Assembly: GCA_963693365.1 (NCBI GenBank)
Contig: CAVNZM010000010.1
Coordinates: 5,214,060 to 5,278,059, forward strand
Source: Amoebidium appalachense
Taxonomy: Eukaryota; Protista; Ichthyosporea
DNA: 64,000 bases
Direction: 5' to 3'
The position numbers and the translations under genes are program-made. The notes beneath the pieces are model-generated. The model was not told where the DNA came from. It did no database searches and saw only the letters and a list, made by a program, of their open reading frames with translations. This document shows positions 1 to 37,524 of the stretch, piece after piece (position 1 is the first letter of the stretch; every line of letters begins with the position of its first letter).

Positions 1-21
1 ACCCACTTGAGCCCACTTAGT

Positions 22-6370
<6,349 letters not shown>

Positions 6371-7215
6371 GCTTGGTTGCAAACGTGTGTGGTCGGTAGC
6401 CCTGCAACCACAGGGTGGTTTTCAGGTTGTGAAGCCCAATCAAGTATACCTATACGTGTGCACCTGATTCAACGACGTGGCAATGCTGGTGCTACGTTTT
6501 CTTTCAAAGTTGGTGACCGACTTGTCCTTCCAAGTTTCCCCAGGCTGTGTCCCGAATGCAAGTTCTCGAAAAGTTTTGCTTCGCCCCATCACAACAAAAC
6601 GATTGGCTGGCGCTTGGGTCGCGGGTCCCCTAAAACTACAAATTCGAATAATTTTTGAAATTTAAATACAAACAATTGTCCCACACACACAATTCGAGCA
6701 AAATGCTGCAAATTTTTAGATGTTGCAACTGAAAAGGGTTTTATCTTCTTGTCTCTCCTTATTTTATCCTGCATTTACATATTCTACATGTGTGCATGGG
6801 ATTTCAATTTCTTCAACTGAGACTCTACCGCATATTCACAACACGACCCACAATTGAAAGTGTTGGGGGATCAGGGTCGCTTGACCGCCGTACGCGTTGT
6901 TGTGCACGTGTACATTTGCAAAACATACTCAGGCCAGAATGCTAAGATCTATGGGGGCTCGGCCAGCTAGAAATAGGTACAATAGAGAAAATAGCAGCTG
7001 TCAAGCTTAGCAAATTATGTATCTGGTCTCCCGGACCAGGATACATATGTATTGGAGTTCTTGGTTATACCGAACCTCACTAATGTTGTGATTGTGGTAC
7101 TTTATGAAGTGGCCATGGCCACAGTGGCCATGGGCAATCGCTACTATGCGATCACAGGAAGTTGGCGAGTGGATACATCACCTGCTTATATAACAGGAAT
7201 TTGTTCGTTTGTAGC

Positions 7216-7256
<41 letters not shown>

Positions 7257-7949
7257 CGGGCCTGCCCCCGGGCCTCCGCCCTCACAGCTCGGCCGGCCGG
7301 GTTTTTTTTTTTTTTTTTTGCCCGTTTAGATGTGAACACACTTCGAAGCTCAATCCCTGGCTGATTAGCACTATCATAATATCCTCCATTAATTCATGTC
7401 ACGGATATCTCCTGTCCCCTCGACGTCCCCAGGCCTGCCAGTGGCCCCCCCAAAAAAAACAAACAAACACACAGTGCACAGAAATATTATTCGAAACTGG
7501 CCGGCATGCTAATATATGGAATAGACAGACCATGACTCAAGAGTATTAGTAGTGGTGCTGGTGGTGCTGGTGCTGGTGCTGGTTTTATGTGTGTGTGTAT
7601 GGTGGTGGTTTTATGTGTGTGTGTATGTGTGTGTGTGTGGGGGGGGGGGGGGGGGGGGGGAGAAGGAGGGGGGGGGGGGGGGGGGGGGGAGGAGGGAGGG
7701 CGGGAGGGCGGGAGGGCGGGAGGGCTGGGGAGGGAGGGGGGGGTGGGGTATCTGGCAGGTAAATGGGGGGTTTTTTCCGCTTAAGAAAACGATCTGAAAG
7801 GAATTTACCTGGTTTCAAGCGACTCAGAGTTGTGTAAGTGTGTTTGTGTGTGTGTGTGTGTGTATGTGGGCGCGTGCGCGCGCGTGTGTGTGTGTGTCTG
7901 CGTGTGTGCACGTGTGTGTGTGTCTGTGTGCGTGTGTGCACGTGTGTGT

Positions 7950-8043
<94 letters not shown>

Positions 8044-8257
8044 ACAGACATGTGTGTATGTGCTTGTGTGTTTTCTTTCGGATGTGTGTGGTTGCCTGCA
8101 TGTGTGTGCGTGCGTTGAAGGGTGTGTATGTGTCTGGTGCCTGTAGGCTCCTTAAAAAATCAACACAAGCCAACATTTATCGCATACATACGGCATAGCC
8201 ACAGGGTGTCGTGCAGTACACTGCAGGCTGCATGTACTACCCTAGAACCCCCTGCCT

Positions 8258-8293
<36 letters not shown>

Positions 8294-9200
8294 TCCCCAC
8301 CCCCCACCCCCCCCACCCCACAAAAAAAAAAGACGAAGGAAGAAAAAAGAAAAGAACGGAAGGAAGGAAGAAAAAAAGAAAGAAAGAAAGAAAGGAAGGA
8401 AGGAAGGAAGAAAGAAAGAAGAAAAAAGAGAAAGGAAGAAAGAAAGAAAGAAAGAAAAAAAGAAAGAAAGAAAGAAATTGAAATGAAAAGAAAAGAAAAG
8501 AAGGAAACAAAGAAAGAAAACAAGAAGGAAGTCTTGGAAAGAAAGAAGGAAAAAGAAAAGGAAGATTTTGAAGAGAACTTTCCACCTCATCCCACGAAAG
8601 TTCCCCCGGGGATGAAGGGGGGAAGAAGAGGGTGGGGTGGGTGGCCGGGGGAGGGGGGAGGTGGGAGATGGGGAGGGTGGGGGGCAGGCACCCGGGGGGA
8701 AGGAGGGGGGGGGGGGGGGGGGGGGGGATTAAGTTTTGGATTACGAGCCCTAGAACCCAGTAGCCCTAAATACGTTTTACTCACCTTTCAGTAAGTTAGT
8801 AATGGTAAGAAGCCCTATAATGCCCAAACTTTACTTCTAGTTACAATTATTGTTGTTGTTGTTGTTATATATAGTAAAATTTTATTCTTATTTTAATTTT
8901 TATTTGGGGGGAGGGGGGGGGGGGGGGGGGGAGGGGGGGAGGGATCGGAATAAAGATTTAATTTTACGTTTTGTTACAGCTACAGTACTGGGCTTCCGAC
9001 GGGTACTGTAGCACCTAAATTATTTTAAATTATATCATTATGTGGTTTTGGAATCACATGCGGGAGCAACCGGGAGAGGGCTACGCCGGCACATGTGTGC
9101 GGGCTATAGGAGGCGGTTCTCCCTAAAACTCTACTAGGCTAGGGTGATTCTACCGAGAGTGTGCCAGATCGGAAAATGCATTCGAATTCTAAGATGGAAC

Positions 9201-9332
9201 ATGTACGTACAATATGTGTGTAGAGAACGTGTGTACGTACAATATGTGTGTAGAGTACGGGTGTACGTACAATATGTGTGTAGAGCACGTGTGTACGTAC
9301 AATATGTGTGTAGAGTACGTGTGTACGTACAC
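9201..9332. repeat. 30-bp minisatellite, ~4.4 copies
   Basis: Head-to-tail unit (A/G)TGTACGTACAATATGTGTGTAGAG(A/T/C)ACG(T/G) with no spacers. Confidence 0.95.
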
Positions 9333-9567
9333 GTGTGCACATGTCGGCATGTACGCGAGGAACTGAGGGTCTGAAATTTGCCTCAAAAGTGTGAGTCAAA
9401 ACCTCCCGGGTGTTCGTGACCCTGCGTGAGCATGCAGTGGGCTTTGACCGTGACCGATGGCTGTACAAGTTAGTAACGGCTGTACACATGTACATACAAC
9501 GTTAGATTAGCGTTAACGTGTATGTGGGGATTAAAATTTTGCTTTTTTTTTCTTAAATAACTGGGGG

Positions 9568-9606
<39 letters not shown>

Positions 9607-9636
9607 CGCCCACCGTCACCACTAGCTAGGCAGGTG

Positions 9637-9674
<38 letters not shown>

Positions 9675-9827
9675 TTTCCCCCACATGAGTTCTGGGGTGG
9701 GCGAGACCCATCCCCTCCGGCTAGCAGGGGGAGGGGGCCGGGGTGGACCGGCCTAGCGCCCATCTCAAGAGCAGGCGGGGCGACACCCCCCCCCCCCCCT
9801 CTCCCCCCCCCCCCCTCCCCCCCCCCC

Positions 9828-9858
<31 letters not shown>

Positions 9859-9998
9859 CACCACCACCACCACCACCACCACCACCACCACCACCACCAC
9901 CATCACCACCTGCAACCTGGTCTGTCAATCCCCAATCCCCTGGGACCCACCCAGTTCACAGGTAGGCTGCCATCATATCTTGAGATCATGTGACTGTA

Positions 9999-12099
<2,101 letters not shown>

Positions 12100-12639
12100 T
12101 ATCAGTTGAACCTGATCATAGATGTAATATACGGTGTGATTTAGAAGCGGTTTAGATAAATTGCCAAAACGTAAACATTGAACTTCACTAATAGGAGTCA
12201 TCGGGCCTGAAACTCAGGCAATGTTGTACGGTCATACTCCCGGGGGCTGCTGCCCCCCCCCCCCCCCCCCCCCCCCCCTCCCCCCCCCCTTCCCCCGGGC
12301 CCCTGTCCCGTCTCCCCCACCCCACCCCCCCCCCTCGCACTCGTCCCCAGTCGCCCCACCGTGCGCGCACGTACTCCCACCAAAGTTTAACACGTATTCA
12401 ATTCACAAGTACCTGAACACACATGTACCACACACGCACACAAGGTGCACAAACTTTGACCAGCGATGAGCACCCGACATATACATAAACATGCAGATAC
12501 ACTCACCCAAAACAAACACACACATTGCCCGCCACACAGATACACACACAAACACTGCAAAATGAGCATGATAACCTTGTCCCCAGTAATTCAAAATTTA
12601 GAAACAGTTGACATTGTGCGCGCGCGCACACGTCACGTG

Positions 12640-13190
<551 letters not shown>

Positions 13191-14468
13191 GCTGGATTAT
13201 TTACTTGTGTCAATAAGCAAGGTGAGGCAGGGGAGGGGGGAATGGGGGGGGGGGAGGGGGGGGGGGGGGGGGGGGAGGGGGGAGGGCCAAGTGAACTGCC
13301 CTTATAGAAGAGGGCGGTAGAAGGGGGAGTAGGGGGGCCCGGGGGGAGGGGGGGGGGGGGGGGGTTGTGGGGACGGAGGGGGTGGGGGGGGGGGGGTGGG
13401 GGGGGAGGGTGGGAGGGTGTTGATACTCTTCAGGTCAAAGCCTTGGCCATCGTATACAAGACATCCTCCAATTCAGATGCCATATTGATCCGATACAGCA
13501 CTAGCAAGCCGCTGGAGAGAGAGGGGGAGAAGAGGGGGGGAGGGGGGGGGGGAGGGGGGATCTCCCAAGACTGCGGCCTGTATGTCGTTTTTGCCTGGAA
13601 GGCATAGGGTGGGCGAGCGGGATACTGTAGGTGGTTACTAGTAGGTGGCCGGTGGGCGGGTGGGGGCGATTGCAGAAGGGGAAGAAGGGGGCCGGGGGGA
13701 CGAGGAGGGGGGGCGGGGGGGGGGGGGGGGGGGGGAGGGGGGTTGTGATGTTGTGGTGCTCATCGAAAGTTTATGCCCGTTCCCGCATGCATATATGCCT
13801 GAAAATCATTCAGAAGTTCATTCCTTGGTCTAAATCAAAAGGCTTCAAATTGTATCATCACGGAATTCATAACACATGTACATATATCACAGTATATCGG
13901 CGGTGGCAAATGTTGACTTGTGTTTCAGTGTGCCAGGCGCCACTGAGCAGGTTAATTAGGCCTAAGTTTTATCATAATGAAGACATCCGGCAAGTCACTC
14001 GAATAAGCAAATCAAGCTCACAAAACGACGCTCAAAAAAGTTTGCTGGATGAATTGAATCGATTGGATTTTGAAGTTCACAATAACAGGCATCATGCCTA
14101 TCACATGTAAGTTTACATGAACTACGGACACGGCAGTTGAGCAAAAACGATAACCTTATCACATCATAGCTCTGCATGATGTGGAACAGTACCCGAATCT
14201 TGAGTCAAAGGCAATCATAATGAATTGGAATTTCGTGCTACCCAGTAATCATATGATGGCACGGTGTGGTTAAAAAAGCTTACGAATATGTATTCAGATA
14301 AATCACTCTGGACCGTAGAGATACTGTGAGTGTAACAGTTAGCCAAGTGTACTAAGTAACTGTAAGTGCTCAGTAAACTAGATGCACTTCTATACAAAAC
14401 CCTCTGCATTCTGTGAGAGCCATGCATCCGTGAGAGCCATGCAAAACAATCCAGGGCGGGCGGGCGGG

Positions 14469-14505
<37 letters not shown>

Positions 14506-14546
14506 TTAAGGAGGGGTAAGCCACTTTGCAACCATTACGTTTATAG

Positions 14547-15345
14547 TCAAGGAAGTTGATAGAGTTCGCATGCACGTGGAAGCTCGGCAGAAACACAACG
14601 AAGACAGCTGCCGTTTACACACCCATCCTCAACGCACGAGAGGGAATCATAGATATGACCTCGCCATTCTACATTCGTGTCCAAAAAATCCGCAAACCCG
14701 CCCGGATCTTTCATGGCACACCGCACAAGTTTCTCAAAAAGCGCGAGGCGTTTGGCTGTTAGCTCCTGTCTTTTCTTGTCTGTGAGTCGGCGCTGGCAAA
14801 AATAGGCTCTATCTTTTACCTTCCCGCATGCTTCCTTCTTTGTTTTTATCTCTTCTTTCGACATTCGTTGCTTCCGTTGGCGTGCGGGAGGACGGTAAAC
14901 AATTGGGACGTGGAAGAGAAAATTGGAGGTGGTGGGAAATTCGTTGTATGTGCTGATGGGAGAGGTCGCTGAAAGCTTTTCCTCCTCCGCATCAGAGCCG
15001 CCGTCCCTGTGATTTTTGGGAAGCAAAAGGTCGGTCACTAATAAAGTTGTTGTGAACAGATGACAGCAGGAAGCAGGAGAACGAGGAGAGGGGTTACGCT
15101 GAACGGGTGGACACACCAACACAGTGGCATACATCGTGCACCTAAGTTACACGACATATGGTAAACAAAGCATCAGTGTACCCGCCGTCTTCACTGCCCA
15201 TTGTGACTCGGGATTCTTACTACTGACTCTCACATGCACACACATATACGTATACGCACAAACACACAAGAAAACACATGCTCACGCACACAAACACACA
15301 CGCACACACACAAGCACACACGCACGCACACACCCACCCATATGT

Positions 15346-15417
<72 letters not shown>

Positions 15418-15427
15418 ACACACACGA

Positions 15428-15461
<34 letters not shown>

Positions 15462-16031
15462 GTGCACACACACACACGCATACATACATGCAAGCACGCA
15501 TTGATGCTCACAAGTACACACACGAGTACCAATACACACACGTATATACGTACATATGTACACCGCAACACATCATAAGATTATACGAGACACGCACACT
15601 TGTGTAAACCGAGGAAAAAGATTCCAAGTCTTTCAATCAACTCACCCCCACACGTCGGACTCCGCAGGCAGCCCATCATCCTCTGTCGTAGTTGCCCCAA
15701 CATTTTCTCTCCAGCCTGATTCCAGCTTCACATGTGCAGAAGGCGGGAAATGGGTGGTGGTCGCAACAGATTTGCCTTCTGTGCCGCATGCACGCGTAAG
15801 TTCGTGCTCGTGCACCTCACACTCTTCATCTAGGTCGCTGTCGCAGTGTAAATCCGGGAATTGTTGTGCATGTGCATGTTGCAATTGGTTGGCATGGTTG
15901 TTTGTGAGAGAATCTGAGTGGCTTGCGTTGAGCTGCTCGATAGAAAGCAGGGGGAGCACTGTGTCGTCCATCATGCCAAACATGTGTTCATCTGTGTTGT
16001 CTTCAGGCAGGGAGGGCCATCGGTTGAGCAT
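14547..16031 (-). CDS. Orphan protein, copy 1 (~281 aa; acidic N-terminus, basic central motif, Cys-rich C-terminus)
   Basis: Exons 16031-15646 (ATG...TGG GG|GTGAG) and 15006-14547 (CACAG|G GAC...TGA) join in phase (846 nt). Upstream TATA and CCAAT boxes. No domain recognised. Confidence 0.65.
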
Positions 16032-16291
16032 TCTTACTAACAAAGCAGGGATCCGCGGTCCAAACTTGCCCGCAGAATTTGAGTGAGTGAATAATGCTGA
16101 ATATATATGTACTTAAAACAAAATGAGGTGGCTTTGTTACACTCTACGAGATAGTAATTCCGCGAACGCCTACTATATTCTGTGCTTCGGCAAACATTAT
16201 TTCGATATGTGGCTGCTGTTTTCGCTCGCTTATACTTACGCCCCCAAATCAAGCCGCATTTCTATGGTCCGTTTGACAGAGCCGGGCAGGC

Positions 16292-16335
16292 TTTATATAC
16301 CCCCAGCCCGCTAATCATATCTTGAATTTGATTGG
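16292..16335 (-). promoter_or_regulatory. TATA box (TATATAAA, 16299-16292) and CCAAT box (16335-16331) of orphan gene copy 1
   Basis: Motifs in the expected order and orientation ~260-300 nt upstream of the ATG; duplicated at 20479-20522. Confidence 0.5.
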
Positions 16336-16567
16336 CTGACCTTGACTCTGTAAATATTTAATCATCAGATGTCGATTCTACTGTAACGTAAAAAAAAAAT
16401 TCTCTTTCTTTCTTTTTTCTTCTTCCCATCCTTCCCCCTATAACAGCTTTTTGACATACAGTAGTAATATCAAAAGCAGTAGTGGCGCTACGGTCGGCAA
16501 CGGTCGCGCGACGCCGTCAGTCCTTGTCATACCTGAGGCGCGCGACCAGCGTGTTGGCAAGATCAAA

Positions 16568-20751
<4,184 letters not shown>

Positions 20752-21198
20752 GGTGCATGACTAACCGGCTGTCGGACCAATAGAAGCCCTGGAAGTGTGA
20801 GCCACCAAGCCATTGTTCGAGTTCATGTTACGAATCTTTGGGCGGGGCCACCTTTCAAAGCCACCTCGCGATCGAGGCTCGAGCTCAGGACTCTGACCCT
20901 ACCACCTACTGAGGTGGTGCCTCATTTTCCTTCCTACCTCAGCAGAAATGTCTCGCTACTAATGACAATGCTTGTCTGTGTACACGAAGTGACTGCTGCG
21001 AGTTCGAAGAACGAAGGCTGCGAAGCAAAAAGACTTCGGGCTGCAAAGAAGGAAGGAAAAATCGGCGTCAACGAGCCGAGATGGTGTGTGACACCGTCAG
21101 TACGTGTCAGACTCTGACCCTCGTGCACGTGGGAAGCCACAGCCCACGCCAATTTTTTGTGTATGCATGTGTGTGTAATTGTGCGCGCGTGTGCGCAC

Positions 21199-21275
<77 letters not shown>

Positions 21276-21385
21276 CGTGTGCGTGTGTACGTGCGTAAAT
21301 TTGTGTGTGCGTGTGTGTAGTGAGTACACTTGTGTGTGTGTGTGTACAGTGGGGGGGGGTGTCTCCGCGTGTGTCAACGTGTGTG

Positions 21386-21490
<105 letters not shown>

Positions 21491-21789
21491 CGTGTGTGTG
21501 TGTGTGTGTGTGTCTGTGTAACGGTGCGTGTACATGTGCGTGTGTGTGCGTGTAAGTGTGTGTATGTGTGCACGTGTGCATGTCTATGTGTGCCAGTGTG
21601 TGTATGTCTGTGTGTGTGGGTGTGTGCGTGGGTGTGTGTGTGTGCGTGTGTGTGCGTGTATATATGTGTGTGTGTGTGGTGCATGCTCTTGAAACTTTGA
21701 GGGGGAAAACACTGTGAAACCAATGTTGAACACGCAAACTGTTACAAGCTCTATAGCTACATATTCATTTACAACCCAAAACAAGAATG

Positions 21790-21987
21790 CAGCTAAGCGC
21801 CATCTAACTAAGGGATTTTTGAATCATTTGGGGGGGTAGTAAATATCGACGTCACCCATGGTGGTACCCCCCTCCCCAAGGTAGCGGCAGGGGAGGGTGA
21901 CCCCCCCACCCCCACCCCCCCTCCCCCCCTATGTGTGCCCGTGATCATGGCCAGAGGCTCCTTTCCACTCACCAAAGGTTGTACTCG

Positions 21988-22018
<31 letters not shown>

Positions 22019-22057
22019 GAGGAATGGCTTCAATTTTTGGCCACTGATGCATATATA

Positions 22058-22106
<49 letters not shown>

Positions 22107-22264
22107 AAAAGAAAAAAAAGAAAAAAGAAACAAAGAAAAAGAAAAAGAAAAAGAAATTAAAAAAAAAGAAATTAAAAAAATACGCAACCATACACACGCA
22201 CCACACACCCACACAGCATCCAGACGCACACCGTGACGCGCACCCACCCACCCACCCACCCATC

Positions 22265-22347
<83 letters not shown>

Positions 22348-22358
22348 CCACACGCACA

Positions 22359-22412
<54 letters not shown>

Positions 22413-22418
22413 TACATA

Positions 22419-22475
<57 letters not shown>

Positions 22476-22842
22476 TACGCGCACACACGCTTCCCACCCC
22501 CTCGTGCCGGTGCTCCTCTCCTGTCGAATGCATACTCTATTTGTGCTCAAATTGCAAGGTCTGCTTTGAGTTGTCCACGGCAAATGTGTACTAGCAATAT
22601 GCTCTTTAAGATTTTTCAACGACCTCCCCCCCCCCCCCCCCCCTCCCTCCTCCTCCTGCCCCTTTCAAATCCCCTCCTCCCCCCCCCCCTTCTCCTCCCC
22701 CCTCCCTCTGGCACTGTGACCCTGCTCCTTTACACAAATACTATGTCACGGTGTCTAAATATATCATTTAGTTATGCACGTGCACACGCGGCATGCACAC
22801 ACACACACACATGTACACACACAACGCCCGCGCAAACACACA

Positions 22843-22890
<48 letters not shown>

Positions 22891-22897
22891 ACACCCA

Positions 22898-22936
<39 letters not shown>

Positions 22937-23527
22937 CCAGCGATAAACTATTTCTAAGCTTTTGATGATATTGGGGGCAAGGTTATCGTGCTCACCGTGC
23001 TGTGTTCGCGTGCGCATCTGTGACGGTGGGGAATGTATGTGTGTGTGGTGTGGGTTTGTGTATCTGTATTTTCATACGCATGTCGGGTGCTCAGAGACAC
23101 TGTTCAAGGTCTGTGCACCTCGTGTGCGTGTGTGGTGCATGGGTGTGCAAGTTTGTGTCAACTCAATACGTGTGAAAGTGTGTGCATGTGTGTGCGCGCC
23201 GGGTGGGGCGACTGGAACCGAGTGCACGAATGAACGGGACTGGGGGAGGGGTGGGGAGGGGAGGGGGGGGGGGGGGAGGGGGGAGGGGGGAGGGGAGGCC
23301 GGGCAGGGGCCCGGGGAGAGGGGGGAGGGGGGAGGGGAGGGGGGGGGGGGGGATGACCGTACGGCATATAGCCTGAGTTTCAGGTGATCAAGGAATCCTA
23401 TTAGTTAGCCCTAATGTTTACGCGTACGTTTTGGCAATGTATGTAAACCACTGCTATTCTACATGACTATAATTTCATCAGCTTATCTGTTATAGTCACA
23501 CGATGAGAAGCCCAGCCTTTGGGGTGG

Positions 23528-23568
<41 letters not shown>

Positions 23569-23779
23569 CCCCCGTTCCCCCCCCAGGAGGGACTCAACTC
23601 TTCAGGTGGATGGTGCCCCCCCCCCCTTCCCCTCCGGTCCCATGCTAGCCGAAGGGGTGCCCCCCTCCCCCTCCCCCCCCCCCCCCCCCCCCGGCCCCCT
23701 CCGAGAGGGAGGAACCACCTGTCCAAAGGGGTGGGTGGGTCTCCCCCCCGGACCCCCCCGCCCTCTCCCCCCCCCCCCC

Positions 23780-23818
<39 letters not shown>

Positions 23819-24018
23819 CAAATGCTTTTCCCCAAAGTTACTACTACCCCCAACCCCGTTTCAAAATCAAGAATTCCTAAAATTATATCGGAATAAAATC
23901 AAAACATTTGAACCGATTTTTTCAACCCTCGGGTGACATGTTCAAGACCGAATCTTCACATGCATGTAGGCATGTACGTTTACGGTAAATCGGTTGGCAT
24001 CATGCAGTGCACATACAT

Positions 24019-24053
<35 letters not shown>

Positions 24054-24190
24054 TCCTCCCCTACCCCCCCCCCCCTCCCCCCACCCACTCACACACACGA
24101 ACACGTACACACACATGCACATACACATGCACACAAACACATACACACAGACACATGCCCACAAACGTACACACAGACACATACACACAA

Positions 24191-24289
<99 letters not shown>

Positions 24290-25250
24290 TCACGCGTACA
24301 CACAGATGCAATCACACTCATCACAAAAACGTTTTGGGGGGTACTGCGGCACGTATCACATGCACATCCAAACTAAAACATTCGTTGCCTGGACCACACA
24401 CACACAATGCCACTTTGTCTGAAAAATACATGTGTGGGAAGCCACGTAATTTCGAGCTTTTCCGCTCGTTTTTTGTAGAGAAAGTAAACCAAAAAAACTA
24501 TCTGCTGCCTTTGGCAGTATTCAAGTTCAATACATGGGAGCCTTCCCCCCCCCCCCCCCCCTCTCCCTTCCCTTCCCCCCCCTCCCCCCCCCTCTCCCCC
24601 TTCCCCCTACTCACACCCGGATCCCGTTATCTCATTCCCCGCATTCCCCCCCCCCCCCCCCCCCCCCACCCACCCACCCACCCCCCACCCCCCACCACCA
24701 GCCCCGGGAACCCATAAATTCCTTTTCCCCCTTCAAAATGCTAGCTAGTGCAAAATGTCGTACAATTGAAGGCTTACGTATATCTGATTAATTGATAGCC
24801 CTGCACGGGTCACTCGCTTTCAAAAATAACAGGTAAATCGAGAAAAACGATCACGCTAGAACCTTCAGGTTCAACCGTATTAGGCTGTGGTCCTGTATTA
24901 ACCTTCCCCCCGGTTCGTGGGGTTTTTCTAGGGGTGGGTTAGAAAGGGATGTTTTGCGTACGAACATGTGTGTTGCCGGGCTGTCGTGTACTAATGAAGC
25001 CCTGTTGCTATGCCGTACACACTGGCTACAGTGTGGGCCGGCCATACATATGCATGGATGTGTGACGGTCGAATATGTGCCCAAAAGTACCACTTTGAAA
25101 ATTGCAAAACGAGTTTGGACTTCCCCTGTTTGAATAAACAGCACATTCCCCCCCTGTTTGGATTCTTCAGATTGAATTTATTGCTTTGGGTTGGGTTTTC
25201 GGGTTTTTTGAACGAAAGCCGTTCTGTTGCTCGAGTTTTGACTAGAAGTT
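21790..25250 (-). repeat. Right arm of the long diverged inverted repeat
   Basis: Reverse complement is colinear with 8830-13840; strongest 22945-23530. The ~24000-24720 segment did not align. Confidence 0.7.
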
Positions 25251-25466
25251 GATATTTTCGACTTCACTCATGAAGACTGTCTCTTGGCGGTTTTGTTTCG
25301 TGCGCACATTTTCAACCGTGCGCGCGCACGCACACACATACACACACACACACATGCACACGCGCGCGTGCGCGGTGTGCGCACAAGCATGCAAGCACGA
25401 AAACATACATTCACAAACCGTACATGCAGATACACATATACACACACGCACACACACACACACATG

Positions 25467-25576
<110 letters not shown>

Positions 25577-25801
25577 GTAACGAGCAGCGGGACCCGATGA
25601 CCATGAAGGGGTGTGTGTGTGTGTGTGTGTGGAGGGAAGGGTGTGGGGGGGGGAGGGGGGAGGAGTAGTGGTCGGAGATGGACAATGTAAAACAGGGAGA
25701 GCGAAGGAAAATAGAGTGGGGACGGTGGGAAAGCGGAAAAGGGGGAAACGTTATAAGGTAAGGTTTTGGGTGGGTGGGTGCATGGGGGGAGGCGAGGGAA
25801 A

Positions 25802-25843
<42 letters not shown>

Positions 25844-27031
25844 GTTCTGAATAATACCTCCTGGACCAGAGCACAGATTGGTGTTTGCCCGCCCCCGCCC
25901 GTTTGCTGTGTGCACGTGTGCGTACGTGTGTGCTTACGTGTGGGCATGTGCTCACATGCGTGTGTGGGGGAGCCTCGGGGTCGGGGTGGGGTGGTGGTGC
26001 TGGTTGGGGAGGGGCGGGGGGAGGGTTGGGGGGGGGGGGGGGGAGGGGGGGAGTGGGTGGTGGTGGTGGTGGGGGGGGGGGGGGGGGGGGGGAGGGGGGG
26101 CGGGATCATGAGGTATGTATACTTAAGACTGCCACAATGGCTAGTAGCGGGTCTTGCAAGGTGACTCGTCCAGAGAATTTGAGAGAAAACAGTGAAAAAA
26201 AATAGCTTTAGCCTTAAAACATTGCATACAGTGTAGACATATTACTACTAAGAAGCCGCAACCCACGAGCGCTTGGATACAAGGGAGTGGTGTGCCGGCA
26301 TTAACTTACAACAACGAAACATGCATTCTTTTCAGCTATATATAAAAGGATTGTTACATATCACGATCGCTCCAATTGGTTTGTTACCACTATCACGAAT
26401 AGATTCATCAATTTTACATACACCCACCGTCGTAGGCTCGGTCATGTCTATTGCAGTTGGTCCATGAGATCCGAAACAAGAAAAACCAAAAGACATACCA
26501 CAAAACTGCAACTTATACACATTAAATGCGAATGACACCAAATGATTTAGCATCAAATTGTACACAATCGTACACAGAATGAAGACACACAGATGACCTT
26601 CACTAAATTACAGAATAAAACCCAAGCTCCAAACAACCAGTCATGTCTAATTAACTCGAACATCATACCATGTTGGATTTCTGACCTAAACTAAACCTTG
26701 CCAGGGCCATGTGATATTTTAAAAAGGAATGGGGCATATAAACTGTGTACGATGCATATTGCCCCCCCCCCCCCCCCCCCCCCCCCCCACACACACACAC
26801 ATAGACACCCACCCTCCCACCACCACCACCACCACCATATCATTACATGCTGCCGGCTGCCAGTTCTAAAAGAAAAGCAAAAAAAGAGTGGAGAGGGGGG
26901 CAAAGAAAGGTGGTAACGGGCTGAAGGGGGGGTAGGGGGGAGGATAGCAGAAATAAAAAAGATACTGAACAAACCCGTAAATCACATATTGTAGAACGTG
27001 GAGAGAGGAGAGACAGGGACAGAGACAGACA

Positions 27032-27171
<140 letters not shown>

Positions 27172-27172
27172 C

Positions 27173-27229
<57 letters not shown>

Positions 27230-27588
27230 GGAGAGAGAGAGGGATAGAGAGAGAGAGAGAGGGAGAGAGAAAGGGGGAGGGTGGGGGGCGGGGGCGGGAG
27301 AGAGGGAGGGAGGGAGGGAGGGAGGGAGGGACGGAGGGAGGGACGGAGGGAGGGGGGAGCGAGAGAGAGAGAGAGGAGGAAAAGGCGGAAGGCTATGGTA
27401 TATATCGAAGACGATCGGCAAGCTTTCGGGATGTGCTATGTGCAGTCACTGTCGGCTGAGGTTTTCGAGTGTCAACGAAGATTTTTTCTTTCGGCCCTTC
27501 CTAACTGTCGACACTGATTTTTCCTTTCCGACCCCAGCATCTATCTTCCTCATAGCCACCTCCTTAAACCATGGTCCACAGCGTCCCC

Positions 27589-30367
<2,779 letters not shown>

Positions 30368-30830
30368 CTGAAAACTATGCATCAGCAGTCATCGATACCG
30401 TACTCTTTTTCTGTTTTCTTTTCTTTTCTTGCACATGTCAAAGGCTTCCCCCCCCCCCCCCCCCCTCCCTCCTCCCGACCCAAGCCGCCTGATATTCTTT
30501 CCTTGAAATTCTTGGGTTGTAGCCAAAAATATCAGTGATTGCAAGTAATAGTGCGGTGCGCGCAAGTATTATATATTCGTTCAGATGGGTTCATCATCCA
30601 TTTGTATCAATGATATTACTGTTTATTTCGTGAGTTGGCAAGTGCCAATCCCTCGTCGTCTTGTAAAATGCACGTCCGGATCCATGGGAGGACCGAATGG
30701 CTATGTCACTTTGGAAAAGGGTCAATAAACTCCCTTTTGATTCTTAGTCTTCACCATTTAGTATGGGTGTGTCTCCTTGATCACGTATGCCATGGTAGGT
30801 CCATACATCCATGGGCCATTTGTTCATACG

Positions 30831-30903
<73 letters not shown>

Positions 30904-30927
30904 GGTGGGTGGGTGGGTGGGTGGTGG

Positions 30928-30974
<47 letters not shown>

Positions 30975-31000
30975 TTTGTTTTTTTTTGGGGGGGAGGGGG

Positions 31001-31031
<31 letters not shown>

Positions 31032-31484
31032 AGAGGGTAGGAAGGGAGGGAGGGAGGGAGGGAGGGAGAGGAGAAGGGTGAGCGAGGGCATGGGTTTGTG
31101 TTTTGGTGTACAGGCCGCTGGTGCTGTATGCATGTGGGTACACGTTTGGAATGAAGTGGGCAAATTCAGTTCAAAGTTCTTCAGCGGTGACTCGACGGGT
31201 ACTAATACTATTAGTGCACATGACTTTCAACAACCTCATGTTAAAACACAGTGCTGATGTGCATTTGCTGACCGTCGTTTGTTTGTGCGTGTGAATGCAG
31301 TGTGTGAATCTTAACACAGCGTGTGCGTGTGTGCGCGTGCCGCACCTGTGTGGTGGTTTAGGTTCATGCTCCCCCCCCCCCCCCCCCTTTTTTTTTTTTT
31401 TTTTTTCCGGAGGGGGGGGGGGGGGGGGGGGGGAGGGGGGGCTTGAATATTGGTCTACACAAGATGCCACTCACGTACATCCCT

Positions 31485-37524
<6,040 letters not shown>

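Noticed and set aside
9201-9332. CRISPR-like 30-bp repeats
   Set aside because: Units are directly adjacent with no unique spacers, no cas genes, eukaryotic context.
13938-14273. Plus-strand exon pair (APLSRLIRPK...HHAYH|GTAAGT) inside the duplicated unit
   Set aside because: Splicing to the next AG gives a stop within three codons; no start exon or recognisable homology.
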